Positions 10,821-20,643 are shown, numbered from the stretch's first letter. The stretch: 64,000 bases of DNA from an uncultured Candidatus Saccharibacteria bacterium (GCA_964621195.1 CAZULJ010000002.1:19665-83664), one strand, 5' to 3'. Translations and numbers: made by a program. Notes: generated by a model from the sequence alone, not told the origin.

Positions 10821-11195
10821 ATGAAGATTAAAAAGGGCGACACAGTAAAAATACTATACGGAAAAGACTCTGGTAAGCAGGGGAAGGTTGTACTTGTTGA
10901 TATTAAAAAGAGCAAGTTGGTAGTAGATGGTTTAAATATGTTCAAAAAGCATGTTAAGGGAGATGGAAGAACTAAAACATCCGAGATTGTAAATATTGCA
11001 AAAGCTATGGATGTCTCTAAGGTAATTCTCGTATGTAATAACTGTGGAAAGACAACAAGAGTAGGAATAAAAAGAGAAGGTGAGACTGTAACAAGAGTAT
11101 GTAAAAAGTGTGGAAAGAATATTGAAATCGTGAAAGAAGTCGAGAAGAAAGAAAAAGAAGAAAAGAAAGTAACTAAGAAGAAAACTACTAAGTAA
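10821..11195 (+). CDS. rplX: 50S ribosomal protein L24 with C-terminal CxxC...CxxC zinc-ribbon and lysine-rich tail
   Basis: KOW-type N-terminus KIKKGDTVKILYGKDSGKQGKV; C-terminal CNNCGK-x17-CKKCGK, then a K/E-rich tail. Confidence 0.85.
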   Translation: MKIKKGDTVKILYGKDSGKQGKVVLVDIKKSKLVVDGLNMFKKHVKGDGRTKTSEIVNIAKAMDVSKVILVCNNCGKTTRVGIKREGETVTRVCKKCGKNIEIVKEVEKKEKEEKKVTKKKTTK

Positions 11196-11197
11196 AT

Positions 11198-11752
11198 ATG
11201 GCAAGGCTAAGAGAAGAGTATAACAATAGAATAAGAGGTGAGATGATGAAAGAGTTCGGATACTCCAATATTATGGAAGTTCCTACTCTTAAAAAGATAG
11301 TAGTAAATGTTGGAGCAGGAGCTGCAGTAAAAGAAGCAGAAGCACTGGAAGATATTGTAGGAATAGTTACACAAATTACAGGTCAGAAGCCAGTAGTAAA
11401 CAAAGCAAGAAAGGCAGTCGCTGCATTTAAGATTAGAGAAGGTATGGATATAGGAGTCTCTGTAATCTTAAGAGGAGATAGAATGTGGGAGTTCTTTGAT
11501 AAACTGGTTAATGTAGTATTCCCAAGAGTCAAAGACTTTAGGGGTTTAGATCCAAAGGCTTTTGATGGAGCTGGAAACTACTCAATAGGTATTGAAGATC
11601 ACACAGTATTTCCTGAGATTGACGCAAACAACATTAGAAGAGTAAGAAGTTTACAGGTAGTTATTGTAACAACAGCAAACGATGATAGAGGTGGAAAGTT
11701 ACTTTTAGATAAATTTGGGTTCCCATTCAAGAAAGATGTCAACAGAAGCTAA
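11198..11752 (+). CDS. rplE: 50S ribosomal protein L5
   Basis: RL.E.Y......L...FGY.N.M.VP.L.KIVVN.G...DF.G....AFDG.GNY..GI.D pattern. Confidence 0.9.
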   Translation: MARLREEYNNRIRGEMMKEFGYSNIMEVPTLKKIVVNVGAGAAVKEAEALEDIVGIVTQITGQKPVVNKARKAVAAFKIREGMDIGVSVILRGDRMWEFFDKLVNVVFPRVKDFRGLDPKAFDGAGNYSIGIEDHTVFPEIDANNIRRVRSLQVVIVTTANDDRGGKLLLDKFGFPFKKDVNRS

Positions 11753-11930
11753 GGAGCACAAAGCTAGACAATTAAAGAACAAATCAAAGTTTAAAACTAG
11801 AGTCTATAATAGGTGTGAGCTTTGTGGTAGATCTAGAGGATATATGAGACACTACGGAATATGTAGGGTTTGTTTTAGAAAATTAGCAAGTGAGGGTCAG
11901 ATCCCTGGTGTTAAGAAAGCTATTTGGTAG
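11736..11930 (+). CDS. rpsN: 30S ribosomal protein S14, zinc-binding Z-type
   Basis: [38 protein letters not shown]; start chosen at the second in-frame ATG (MSTEAK...), ~60-aa Z-type length; overlaps the rplE 3' end. Confidence 0.8.
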   Translation: MSTEAKEHKARQLKNKSKFKTRVYNRCELCGRSRGYMRHYGICRVCFRKLASEGQIPGVKKAIW

Positions 11931-11968
11931 AAATTATGTAATTTTTGGTAATTTATTAAATATATACA

Positions 11969-12346
11969 ATGAACGATTTAGTAGCAGACTTTCTTGCTAG
12001 AATGAAAAATGGAATACAAAGGAAAAGGGAAACAGTAATGGTTCCTTCTACTAAAATGAACATGGAAATCTTGAAAGTTTTGAAGCAGGAAGAGATGATT
12101 GAAGATATGAATGAAACAGAAGAAGGAATTGAAGTATTGCTTGCATACGATGATGGAGAGCCAGTTGTAACCCAATTTCAAAGAGTTAGTAGCCCAGGAC
12201 AAAGAATATATGTAAGTAGTAAAGAGATAGTTCCAATAATGAATGGTAGAGGTATATCAATAATCTCTACATCAAAGGGATTAATGACAGGCTCTATGGC
12301 TAAGAGTAAGAACTTAGGTGGTGAATTAATCTGTAAAGTTTGGTAA
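11969..12346 (+). CDS. rpsH: 30S ribosomal protein S8
   Basis: DFLARMKNG...ISTSKGLMT...GGELIC.VW signature. Confidence 0.9.
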   Translation: MNDLVADFLARMKNGIQRKRETVMVPSTKMNMEILKVLKQEEMIEDMNETEEGIEVLLAYDDGEPVVTQFQRVSSPGQRIYVSSKEIVPIMNGRGISIISTSKGLMTGSMAKSKNLGGELICKVW

Positions 12347-12894
12347 TACAAATGTCTAGAATAGGTCAAGAACCAATCAAAATTGAAGAAGGAGTACAGG
12401 TAAATATAGAAGGATCTAAGGTATTGGTATCTGGTTCTGGGAAAGAAACAGTAATTGAATTACCAGAAGAACTTAAAGCCGAGATCAAGGATGGAGAGAT
12501 ATTAGTATCAAGATCCAATGATGAAAAGTTTACAAAGTCTGTACACGGTACATACAGAGTCTTACTATTTAATGCAGTAAAGGGAATCAAGGAAGGATTT
12601 GAAAAAAGATTAGAACTAGTTGGTGTAGGATACAGAGCAAGAATGGAAGGAACTACATTAGTTATGAGTTTAGGATGGAATCACCCTGTGAAGGTTGAGA
12701 GTCCTGAAGGTATAACTATTGAAGTACCAGAGGAAACAAAGATCGTAATAAAAGGACACGACAAACAGCAAATCGGGCAGCTTGCTGCAAAGATAAGAGG
12801 TATTAGAAAGCCTGAGCCATATAAGGGCAAAGGAATTAGATATGAGGGTGAGTATGTAAGAAAAAAGAGTTCTAAATCTGGAGTAGGAGCATAA
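12340..12894 (+). CDS. rplF: 50S ribosomal protein L6
   Basis: SRIGQEPI.I..GV.V......V.V.G.KG pattern, two-domain length; operon position. Confidence 0.85.
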   Translation: MVIQMSRIGQEPIKIEEGVQVNIEGSKVLVSGSGKETVIELPEELKAEIKDGEILVSRSNDEKFTKSVHGTYRVLLFNAVKGIKEGFEKRLELVGVGYRARMEGTTLVMSLGWNHPVKVESPEGITIEVPEETKIVIKGHDKQQIGQLAAKIRGIRKPEPYKGKGIRYEGEYVRKKSSKSGVGA

Positions 12895-12910
12895 TTGTAA
12901 AAAAACGAAA

Positions 12911-13240
12911 ATGAAACACACTAAAACAGAAAAAAGAGAAAGAAGAAAGATGCATATAAGGAAGAATGTAAACGGTACAGCACAGAAGCCAAGAGTCTTC
13001 GTTTTTAAGAGTAACAAATTCTTCTATGCAGGTGTTGCAGATGATGAAAAGAGTATTGTATTAATGAGTAAACTTGCAAAGAAGAAAGAAGAGGAGATTG
13101 TAAAGATGGCAAAAGTATTTGCATCAGAATTAAAAAAGAAGAAAATAGAGGTTGGAGTATTTGATAGAAGTGGATATAGATATCATGGATTAATAGCTTC
13201 TTTCGCAGAGGAACTAAGAAATAATGGAATTAAGATTTAG
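12911..13240 (+). CDS. rplR: 50S ribosomal protein L18
   Basis: Basic N-terminus, VFDRSGYRYHG...A.A..R..G pattern; between L6 and S5. Confidence 0.8.
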   Translation: MKHTKTEKRERRKMHIRKNVNGTAQKPRVFVFKSNKFFYAGVADDEKSIVLMSKLAKKKEEEIVKMAKVFASELKKKKIEVGVFDRSGYRYHGLIASFAEELRNNGIKI

Positions 13241-13252
13241 TTTGAATAAGTA

Positions 13253-13885
13253 ATGTTTGATAAAAGTAAAACTCAAAAAGAAAGACCAAGTTATGACAAG
13301 AAGACTGTTTCTATAAGAAGAGTCGCAAAAGTAACTAAGGGAGGAAAGAGACTAAGATTTAGTGCAATGGTAGTTGTTGGAGATCATAATGGCTCTGTAG
13401 GAGTTGGCTTGGGTAGAGGAGTAGACACAAAGAGTGCAGTAGAGAAGGGAGAAAGAACAGCTGCAAAGAAAATGAGAAAGATACAATTAGCGGGAGATAC
13501 AATTCCTCATGAGATTACACAGAAAGAAGGAGCTGCGAAAGTATTACTAAGACCTGCAAGGCCAGGTACTGGTGTTATCGCAGGTTCATCTGTTAGAACA
13601 GTATTGGAATTAGCAGGAATAGAGAATGTATATGGTAAGTTACTTGGTACTACAGATGCAATTGCATCTGCATATGCAACATTTGAAGCATTGAAGGCAC
13701 TTCGAAATGGAAGAGTACTCTCAAAGATGAAGAATATGAGAGATAGAGTTGAAGCAAAGAAAGAAACAGATAAGGAGAGAAAAGTTAAGGAAGACAAAAA
13801 GAGAGCAGCAAAGAGAGCAGAAAAGAAGGATAATCGTAAGAAGGATTTTAAACCTAGAAGAAATACAGAAAAGAAAACCAACTAA
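13253..13885 (+). CDS. rpsE: 30S ribosomal protein S5 with long K/R/E-rich C-terminal extension
   Basis: VAKVTKGGKRLRFSAMVVVGD..G.VG.G.G...D...A..KG; C-terminal ~60 aa lysine-rich tail. Confidence 0.9.
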   Translation: MFDKSKTQKERPSYDKKTVSIRRVAKVTKGGKRLRFSAMVVVGDHNGSVGVGLGRGVDTKSAVEKGERTAAKKMRKIQLAGDTIPHEITQKEGAAKVLLRPARPGTGVIAGSSVRTVLELAGIENVYGKLLGTTDAIASAYATFEALKALRNGRVLSKMKNMRDRVEAKKETDKERKVKEDKKRAAKRAEKKDNRKKDFKPRRNTEKKTN

Positions 13886-13903
13886 AGTTATTAAATCAGT
13901 AAT

Positions 13904-14347
13904 ATGTACTTAGAAAGTATTCCAAGAAGAAAAAATAGAACAGGAAAAGCTAAAAGACTCGGAAGAGGGTATGGATCTGGTGTCGGTGGTCATACCTCTA
14001 CAAGGGGAACCAAAGGTCAGAAATCCAGATCAGGACATAAGTCTCTTCTATTCTTTGAGGGAGGTAACGTACCATTCTTTAGGAGAATGCCAAAGAAGAA
14101 GGGTTTCAACAACTCTGGAAAGATTGAAGCTACAGCTATTAATCTTAACATCCTAGAAGAGAACTACAAAGCTGGTGAGGTTGTTACATTGGAATCATTG
14201 AAAGAGAAAGCTCTTATCTCCAAAAAGACACAGTCTGTAAAGATCTTAGGATCTGGAGAAATCACAAAGAAGATATCTATCGAAAGTATCCCTGCATCAA
14301 AGGCAGCACAGGAGAAAGTATTGAAAGCAGGGGGTACAATAAAGTAA
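13904..14347 (+). CDS. rplO: 50S ribosomal protein L15
   Basis: RLGRGYGSGVGGHTSTRGTKGQKSRSG signature; follows S5 directly, with no L30 gene between. Confidence 0.9.
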   Translation: MYLESIPRRKNRTGKAKRLGRGYGSGVGGHTSTRGTKGQKSRSGHKSLLFFEGGNVPFFRRMPKKKGFNNSGKIEATAINLNILEENYKAGEVVTLESLKEKALISKKTQSVKILGSGEITKKISIESIPASKAAQEKVLKAGGTIK

Positions 14348-14358
14348 CCTCTATACAA

Positions 14359-15633
14359 ATGAACAAGTACATTGAGATCTTCCTTAGAATTGTTAAAACA
14401 GAGGAGATTCGAAAAAAAATTATATTCTCACTAGTAATACTTTTAGCATACAGATTGCTAGCTGCGATCCCTGTTGCAGGAATCCCTGCAGATGCTATCA
14501 AATTACTCTTTGAAGGAAGCAACTTCGGAGATCTCCTTTCAACAGTATCTGGTGGTGTACTTGAAACAGCATCCATTGCAGCAATAGGTTTAAGTCCATA
14601 CATCAATGCCTCTATTGTATTCCAACTATTAGGTTCTGTTGTTCCTAAGATTGAAGAGATGAGGAATGAGGGTCCAGAAGGAAGAAGAAAGATAAGTATG
14701 TATACAAGACTCCTTACAGTACCATTTGCAATTATGCAGTCTTTCGTAATATATTCCACTTTACGAGGTTTTGGTTTAATAGGGGAGCTTTCTCCACTAG
14801 AACTTGTAGTTATGGTATCTACCTTGACCGCAGGGTCTGTTGTAGTTATGTGGTTTAGTGAACTGACATCAGAGAGTGGTTTAGGTGGCGGTTCATCATA
14901 TTTGATATTCTTGGGCATTATTGCTGGTATCCCTGGTACTTTAAGATCAAACTTTACTCAATTAGATAGTATTGAGAAGGTAGTGTTCTTGCTAATGACT
15001 TTGGTATTGATAGTATCTGTCGTATATATTACAGAGGCACAAAGGAAGGTAAAAGTTCAGTATTCAAGAAGAGTCAGGGCTGGAGGTTCAATGGATAGCT
15101 ATATACCAATAAAAATTGTGCAATTCGGGGTAATGCCAGTAATCTTTGCCGTATCACTGCTCTCTTTCCCACAATTAATAGGTAAATTCATATTAAGTAG
15201 GGATATGAGTGATCGGGTGATTGAATTTACTACAAAAGCAATGGCACTAATAGATAATCCATATTTCAACAATATAGTTACATTCCTCTTAATAGTAGGT
15301 TTCTCCTTCTTCTATCTTACTGTTGTATTTAAAACTGATGAACTAGCAGAGAACCTACAAAAGCAGGGGGGCTTTATCCCAGGTATTAGGCCAGGAAAGA
15401 ATACCTCTGAGTATCTGCGAAAAGTTGCATTCAGACTAGCATCACTTGGTGCAATCTTCCTAGGATTAATCTCAATTTTACCTTCTGTACTAAATCCATT
15501 ACTCTTCCCAAATGGTAATGTTGTACCAATAATTACAGGAACGGGACTTCTAATTATGGTAAATGTAGTTCTCGATGTTAGAAGACAAGTAGAATCGATG
15601 ATTGTTGTTCGTGATTATGATCGATACCTCTAA
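14359..15633 (+). CDS. secY: preprotein translocase subunit SecY
   Basis: 10-TM profile, GI.PYI.ASI..QLL, plug and hinge regions; operon position after L15. Confidence 0.9.
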   Translation: MNKYIEIFLRIVKTEEIRKKIIFSLVILLAYRLLAAIPVAGIPADAIKLLFEGSNFGDLLSTVSGGVLETASIAAIGLSPYINASIVFQLLGSVVPKIEEMRNEGPEGRRKISMYTRLLTVPFAIMQSFVIYSTLRGFGLIGELSPLELVVMVSTLTAGSVVVMWFSELTSESGLGGGSSYLIFLGIIAGIPGTLRSNFTQLDSIEKVVFLLMTLVLIVSVVYITEAQRKVKVQYSRRVRAGGSMDSYIPIKIVQFGVMPVIFAVSLLSFPQLIGKFILSRDMSDRVIEFTTKAMALIDNPYFNNIVTFLLIVGFSFFYLTVVFKTDELAENLQKQGGFIPGIRPGKNTSEYLRKVAFRLASLGAIFLGLISILPSVLNPLLFPNGNVVPIITGTGLLIMVNVVLDVRRQVESMIVVRDYDRYL

Positions 15634-15682
15634 TAAAACTCTTGTGCTATTATTATCTAGTTAATATGTCCTTACATACATT

Positions 15683-16330
15683 ATGAAAACAATTCTCTTT
15701 CATGGTCCTTCAGGAAGTGGTAAAGATACCCAAGTTGAGCTATTAAAAGACAAGCACGAATTTGAAGGTATTGCTACTGGGGATATGTTCCGATCAATGT
15801 ATAAGCAGGCTGATTTAGAGGCCATAAAGGCATATAACTATTGGTCTAAAGGGCAATGGGTTCCAAATGACCTAGTATACAGCATGCTTAATAAATGGAT
15901 CTTACAGTTTGATAAAGAGAAGAACTGGGCTTTCATCTCCGTTGTAAGGGATCCTGGACAAATCCCTATGTTTGATAAGACACTAGAAAGTGTTGGAAGG
16001 AAGTTAGATCATTTTATTCACTTTACGCTCTCTGAGGAGGCTGCTATAGAGCGAATGTCTCTTAGGTGGGTATGTCCAAATTGTGATAGTACATACCATG
16101 AAAAATATAAAATAGAGAGTGTGAAAGGATACTGTGATAAGTGTGGAACAAAGCTTGTACAAAGAGAAGATGACCAACCTGATAGAATCAGGAACAGGAT
16201 AAGAGAATACAACAGAACAATAGCACCAATACTCCAAACTTACAAAGAGAGAGGCATTTTAATCGAGATTGATGCAACTCCTAGTATTGAAGAGATACAT
16301 AAAGAAGTAGTACTAAGACTGGGGTTGTAA
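15683..16330 (+). CDS. adk: adenylate kinase with zinc-binding lid
   Basis: P-loop HGPSGSGKDTQ; lid CPNCDSTYH...CDKCG; operon position after secY. Confidence 0.85.
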   Translation: MKTILFHGPSGSGKDTQVELLKDKHEFEGIATGDMFRSMYKQADLEAIKAYNYWSKGQWVPNDLVYSMLNKWILQFDKEKNWAFISVVRDPGQIPMFDKTLESVGRKLDHFIHFTLSEEAAIERMSLRWVCPNCDSTYHEKYKIESVKGYCDKCGTKLVQREDDQPDRIRNRIREYNRTIAPILQTYKERGILIEIDATPSIEEIHKEVVLRLGL

Positions 16331-16409
16331 AAACTTTCTCTTTTTGATATGCTTAACTCGTCTTTGTAGAGTTTTGACTATATTTCAAGGGAAAAATAGC
16401 ATTAAATCT

Positions 16410-16438
16410 TTGAAAAAAGCTAACACTTTTGATATAAT
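16410..16438 (+). promoter_or_regulatory. consensus sigma70-type promoter (TTGAAA-17bp-TATAAT) upstream of infA
   Basis: TTGAAA at 16410-16415, 17-nt spacer, TATAAT at 16433-16438, ~26 nt upstream of the infA ATG. Confidence 0.5.
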
Positions 16439-16464
16439 GCTCAGGACTCTATTTAGTTACAAGG

Positions 16465-16707
16465 ATGTCATTTATGGCTGTAGATACAAAGAAAGTTTAT
16501 GAATTTGAAGGTGAGGTTAAGGAATGTTTGCCAAATACAAAATTTCTAGTAGAAATTGATGTAAATGGTACTAAGCATGAGGTAATAGGTTACCTATCTG
16601 GAAAGATGAGAATGCACTACATTCGAATCCTTGAAGGAGATAAGGTGAGAATAGAAATGACCCCGTATGATAAGACGCAGGGTAGAATAACATATAGAAT
16701 GAAATAA
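16465..16707 (+). CDS. infA: translation initiation factor IF-1
   Basis: S1-like OB fold; GEV.E.LPN..F.V....G......SGKMR...I.ILEGDKV..E.TPYD...GRI.YR. Confidence 0.9.
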   Translation: MSFMAVDTKKVYEFEGEVKECLPNTKFLVEIDVNGTKHEVIGYLSGKMRMHYIRILEGDKVRIEMTPYDKTQGRITYRMK

Positions 16708-16709
16708 AA

Positions 16710-16826
16710 ATGAAAGTACAGGCTTCAGTAAAAAAAAGATGTGCAGATTGTTACACCGTTCGTAGGAAAGCTCGTGTATATGTCTACTGTAAAAAGAATC
16801 CTAAGCATAAGCAGAGACAGGGTTAA
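16710..16826 (+). CDS. rpmJ: 50S ribosomal protein L36
   Basis: Hand-translated 38-aa ORF below the ORF-track cutoff: [38 protein letters not shown], with the C-x2-C...C...H-type L36 pattern; located between infA and rpsM. Confidence 0.85.
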   Translation: MKVQASVKKRCADCYTVRRKARVYVYCKKNPKHKQRQG

Positions 16827-16858
16827 TATAATATATAACTGTATTTAATTAAGATACT

Positions 16859-17242
16859 ATGGCAAGAGTCGCAGGAATAGAAATACCAAATGATAAGAGA
16901 TTATGGGTCTCTTTGATGAGTTTGTATGGGATAGGAGAGAAATCATCTAAAAGTATTTGTGAGAATGTTAAAATAGATGGTAATACTTTTGTTAGAGATC
17001 TTAATGAGGCACAGTTAGATATTTTAAGAGCTTACTTAGATCAGAATTTCCAAGTAGAGGGTGAATTGAGACAGAAGATCTTTAGAGAGATTAAGAGATT
17101 GAAAGATATCAAGAGTTATAGAGGAATTAGACACAAATTGGGATTACCAGTTAGAGGTCAGAGGACAAGGCATAACGCTCATACAAGAAAAGGTAAGAGT
17201 AGGCCTGTCGGTGGTTTAAATCGTAAATTAGAAAAGACTTAG
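16859..17242 (+). CDS. rpsM: 30S ribosomal protein S13
   Basis: [14 protein letters not shown]...YGIG...[14 protein letters not shown]. Confidence 0.9.
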   Translation: MARVAGIEIPNDKRLWVSLMSLYGIGEKSSKSICENVKIDGNTFVRDLNEAQLDILRAYLDQNFQVEGELRQKIFREIKRLKDIKSYRGIRHKLGLPVRGQRTRHNAHTRKGKSRPVGGLNRKLEKT

Positions 17243-17248
17243 CATAAT

Positions 17249-17632
17249 ATGGCTACAAATATTAAAAAGAAAACAAAGAAGAGTGTTACAACAGGTATTG
17301 TTACTGTACAATCAACATTCAACAATACAATTATCTCTATAACAGATACTGAGGGTGAAGTGTTAGTACAGGGAAGTCCAAGCGTAGTTGGATTTAAGGG
17401 TGCAAAGAGAAGTACAGCATTTGCTGCTACAAAGGCTGCAAATGATGCTGCAGAGAAAGCAATCAAAAAGTATGGATTAAGAGAAGTAAAGGTAATTGTT
17501 AGCGGACCAGGAGCTGGTAGAAATGCTGCAGTAAAAGGTTTGGATTCTGCAGGTTTAAAGATAACAACATTGGTAGATAGAACCCCTATTCCTCATAACG
17601 GATGTAGGCCAAGAAAGTCTCCAAGAAAGTAA
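17249..17632 (+). CDS. rpsK: 30S ribosomal protein S11
   Basis: TFNNTIISITD..G.V......G..GFKG.KRST.FAA...A...A.....G.....V.V.GPG.GR..A...L. Confidence 0.9.
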   Translation: MATNIKKKTKKSVTTGIVTVQSTFNNTIISITDTEGEVLVQGSPSVVGFKGAKRSTAFAATKAANDAAEKAIKKYGLREVKVIVSGPGAGRNAAVKGLDSAGLKITTLVDRTPIPHNGCRPRKSPRK

Positions 17633-17656
17633 TTAATAATATTTGAATTAGTTTAA

Positions 17657-18268
17657 ATGGGTAGATATACAGGACCAAAAGAAAGATTAAGTAGACGAGA
17701 GGGTGTAGAGTTACACCTTAAAGGTTCAAGATCATTTTCTGAGAAGAGTGGTCTAAAGAGAAAGCCTTTTGTCCCAGGACAGCACGGTAGTAAAAGAAAG
17801 GCAAGACTTTCCAACTACGGATTACAGTTAAGGGAGAAGCAGAAGGTTAAGAGAACATATGGAGTTAGAGAGAAGCAGTTTAAGAATGTATATCTTGAGT
17901 CTGATAGAAGATCAAAGGTATACAATACAGACAAAGGTCTTGAACTTTTAAGATTGTTAGAATTAAGGGTGGACAACGTTTTGTATCTTGCAGGGTTAGC
18001 TCCATCAAGATCTGCTGCTAGGCAGTATGTTGTTCACGGTCATGTACTTTTGAACGGTAAGAAATTTACAGTTCCTTCTGCAGAATTGAAAGAAGGAGAT
18101 TCTTTAGAAATAAAAAAGGCTAAGCTTGCTCCAACTGAAAAATTGTTCCCAGTCCCAGAGTGGATTGAATCAAAAGAGAACAAGGCGGTTGTTTCAAGAT
18201 TACCAATTAGAGACGAAATTGATGAGGGTATTCGTGAGAACCTAATCATCGAGTACTACTCTAGATAA
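17657..18268 (+). CDS. rpsD: 30S ribosomal protein S4
   Basis: MGRYTGPK.RLSRREG..L; S4 RNA-binding domain LE.RLDNV...GLA.SR..ARQ.V.HGH. Confidence 0.9.
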   Translation: MGRYTGPKERLSRREGVELHLKGSRSFSEKSGLKRKPFVPGQHGSKRKARLSNYGLQLREKQKVKRTYGVREKQFKNVYLESDRRSKVYNTDKGLELLRLLELRVDNVLYLAGLAPSRSAARQYVVHGHVLLNGKKFTVPSAELKEGDSLEIKKAKLAPTEKLFPVPEWIESKENKAVVSRLPIRDEIDEGIRENLIIEYYSR

Positions 18269-18288
18269 TAATTTGTTTTTTAAACACA

Positions 18289-19254
18289 ATGGAGGCATTT
18301 AAAGATATAAAGGTAACAATTAAGGAAGAAGAGGGAAATATTGGTCTCTACGAGATCTCACCACTTCCAAGGGGATATGGTCATACATTAGGTAACGCAA
18401 TAAGAAGAATACTTTACTCTAGCTTAAAAGGCTCTGGAGTTACAAGTGTAAAGTTCAAAGGAGTAAAGCATGAATTCTCAACTATAGAGGGAGTAAAGGA
18501 AGATGTTACAACAATAATCCTTAACCTAAAGCAGGTGAAATTTAGAGTAGACTCGGACGATGTTAAGACATGCAAGATTGTTGCAAAAGGAAAGGGAGTT
18601 GTTAAAGCTTCAGACATTGATGTAGAAGCAGGAGTTACAGTTACAACTCCAGATCTAGTAATTGCAAATATTTCTGATGATTCTGGAGAATTAGTAATTG
18701 AAATGACTGTAGAATCAGGAATAGGATATAGAGATGCTAGAAACGTAGATAGAGCAGAAGTTGGAATTATCCCACTTGACTGTGACTTTACCCCTATTGA
18801 GAAAGTAAGTATGAGTGTTGAACAAGCACGTAAGGGTCAGGAAACAGACCTAGATGCAGTAGTAATTAGTGTTGAAACAGATGGCAGTATTACACCAAAA
18901 GATGCACTTTTAGAATCCGCAAAGATATTACAAGAATTTGCTGGAAAAGTAATGATAGCAATGGGAGTATCAAAGAAAGAAGTAGAAGAAAGAGTTGAAG
19001 AGATCAATCAGGTTGAAGTAGCACCAGAGACTGTAGAAGTATATGACGAAGCGAATGACCTTAGAATAGAAGATCTTCCAATCTCAAAGAGATCCAAAAC
19101 TGGATTACTCTCCGGAGGATATAAAACCTTGGGAGACCTAAAGAGTGTTACTGTAGATGACCTACTTTCACTTTCAGGTTTTGGTAACAAATCTCTAAAT
19201 GAAGTCGTAGAGCTTCTTAATCAATATGGAATTAACATCAAGAGTGAGCAATAA
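18289..19254 (+). CDS. rpoA: DNA-directed RNA polymerase subunit alpha
   Basis: PL.RGYGHTLGNAIRRIL.SSL.G; N-terminal assembly domain plus C-terminal domain; operon position. Confidence 0.9.
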   Translation: MEAFKDIKVTIKEEEGNIGLYEISPLPRGYGHTLGNAIRRILYSSLKGSGVTSVKFKGVKHEFSTIEGVKEDVTTIILNLKQVKFRVDSDDVKTCKIVAKGKGVVKASDIDVEAGVTVTTPDLVIANISDDSGELVIEMTVESGIGYRDARNVDRAEVGIIPLDCDFTPIEKVSMSVEQARKGQETDLDAVVISVETDGSITPKDALLESAKILQEFAGKVMIAMGVSKKEVEERVEEINQVEVAPETVEVYDEANDLRIEDLPISKRSKTGLLSGGYKTLGDLKSVTVDDLLSLSGFGNKSLNEVVELLNQYGINIKSEQ

Positions 19255-19256
19255 AC

Positions 19257-19772
19257 ATGTATAAAAGGATTGGAATCAAAAAATTAGGAAGAACAACTGC
19301 ACATAGAAAGGCTTTGATCTTTAATCTATTAAGATCTCTTGTAGAGAGTGGTTCTGTTAAAACAACAACTGCAAAAGCAAAAGCTTTGAAGGGTCAAATG
19401 GAATCATTAATAGTGAAAGTTAAATCTTCTGGAAATGTAGACCTAAGTACAAGAAGAAGTTTACAAGATATTCTTGGTAACACAGCATTGGTACAGAAGT
19501 TTGTAGAAATTGCAAAAAAAGAATCAACAACAATAACTATAAAGAAAGTTGGTTTTAGAGCAGGTGATAACTCCGAGGTATCTTTGGTTGAGATAAAGGG
19601 GTTAGCTAAAAAGGAAGGAAAAAAAGAAGTCAAAGAGAAGAAGGAAGAAAAAGTAGTAGTTAAGAAGGAAAGTACAAAGAGAAAACCTATTGATGCAGGA
19701 AAAAAGAAATCAATAACAAAAGTTGTTGCTCCTGTAAATAAAGAAAGAGCAAAATCTAGATCTGGTTTATAA
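19257..19772 (+). CDS. rplQ: 50S ribosomal protein L17 with lysine-rich C-terminal extension
   Basis: LGRTTAHRKALI.NL...L...G.V.TT..KAK core (~115 aa) followed by a K/E-rich tail. Confidence 0.85.
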   Translation: MYKRIGIKKLGRTTAHRKALIFNLLRSLVESGSVKTTTAKAKALKGQMESLIVKVKSSGNVDLSTRRSLQDILGNTALVQKFVEIAKKESTTITIKKVGFRAGDNSEVSLVEIKGLAKKEGKKEVKEKKEEKVVVKKESTKRKPIDAGKKKSITKVVAPVNKERAKSRSGL

Positions 19773-19791
19773 TTTATATTCGTAAATAGAG

Positions 19792-20226
19792 ATGAAGTAC
19801 AAGACTCAATGGACTAAAAAAGAAGATATAAAGAGAGAGTGGTATGTTGTAGATGTGAAAGATCTAATACTCGGTAGAGTAGCAACACAAGTAGCATCAC
19901 TTCTCATTGGAAAGGGAAAACCAGAGATTGTTCCTAATGTTGACTGTGGAGACTATGTAATAGTTGTTAATAGTGATGAGATCAAATTAACAAGAGGAAA
20001 AGAAAACAAGAAGGTTTACTACAACTACTCTGGTTATCCAGGTGGTTTGAAAGAAACTGTTTTCAAGGATCAAATTAGAAAAGATTCTACAAAGGTAATA
20101 ATTGATTCTGTTAAGAATATGTTACCAAAGAACAAAATGAGAGACTTGAGAATGGCAAGATTGTTTGTATACAAAGGCTTGGAGCATAAGCATCAAGCTC
20201 AAAGTCCAAAAGAGTATAAATTTTAA
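19792..20226 (+). CDS. rplM: 50S ribosomal protein L13
   Basis: W..K.....W.VVD.....LGR.A...A..L.GK.KP......D.GD.V.V.N. Confidence 0.85.
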   Translation: MKYKTQWTKKEDIKREWYVVDVKDLILGRVATQVASLLIGKGKPEIVPNVDCGDYVIVVNSDEIKLTRGKENKKVYYNYSGYPGGLKETVFKDQIRKDSTKVIIDSVKNMLPKNKMRDLRMARLFVYKGLEHKHQAQSPKEYKF

Positions 20227-20237
20227 TTACAGTATTA

Positions 20238-20636
20238 GTGAGTAAGGAGAAATTTTTTGAAGGTATCGGTCGAAGAAAAACATCTACATCCAGAGTAAGA
20301 ATATATGCTGGAGATAAAGCAAGTACTGTCAATGGGAAATCCGTTGATACATATTTCGCAAGTGTACCCAGAGCAATGGAAGAGATAAACAAAGCATTGA
20401 ATGTAACAGGACTAGAAGGGAAATTTTACTTTACTGCAAAAGTTTCTGGAGGTGGTCTCTCTGCACAGGTTGACAGTGTATCTTTGGGATTTGCAAGAGC
20501 ACTTTACTCCATGGATGAGACTCTAAAATCACCATTAAGAAAAGCTGGATTAATTACTAGAGATCCAAGAGAAGTTGAGAGAAAGAAATATCATCAGGTT
20601 AAAGCTAGAAAGAAACCTCAGTTCTCAAAACGTTAG
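20238..20636 (+). CDS. rpsI: 30S ribosomal protein S9
   Basis: GRRK.S..RV......G....NG; C-terminal ...RDPREVERKK.G...ARK..QFSKR. Confidence 0.9.
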   Translation: MSKEKFFEGIGRRKTSTSRVRIYAGDKASTVNGKSVDTYFASVPRAMEEINKALNVTGLEGKFYFTAKVSGGGLSAQVDSVSLGFARALYSMDETLKSPLRKAGLITRDPREVERKKYHQVKARKKPQFSKR

Positions 20637-20643
20637 TATTTGG

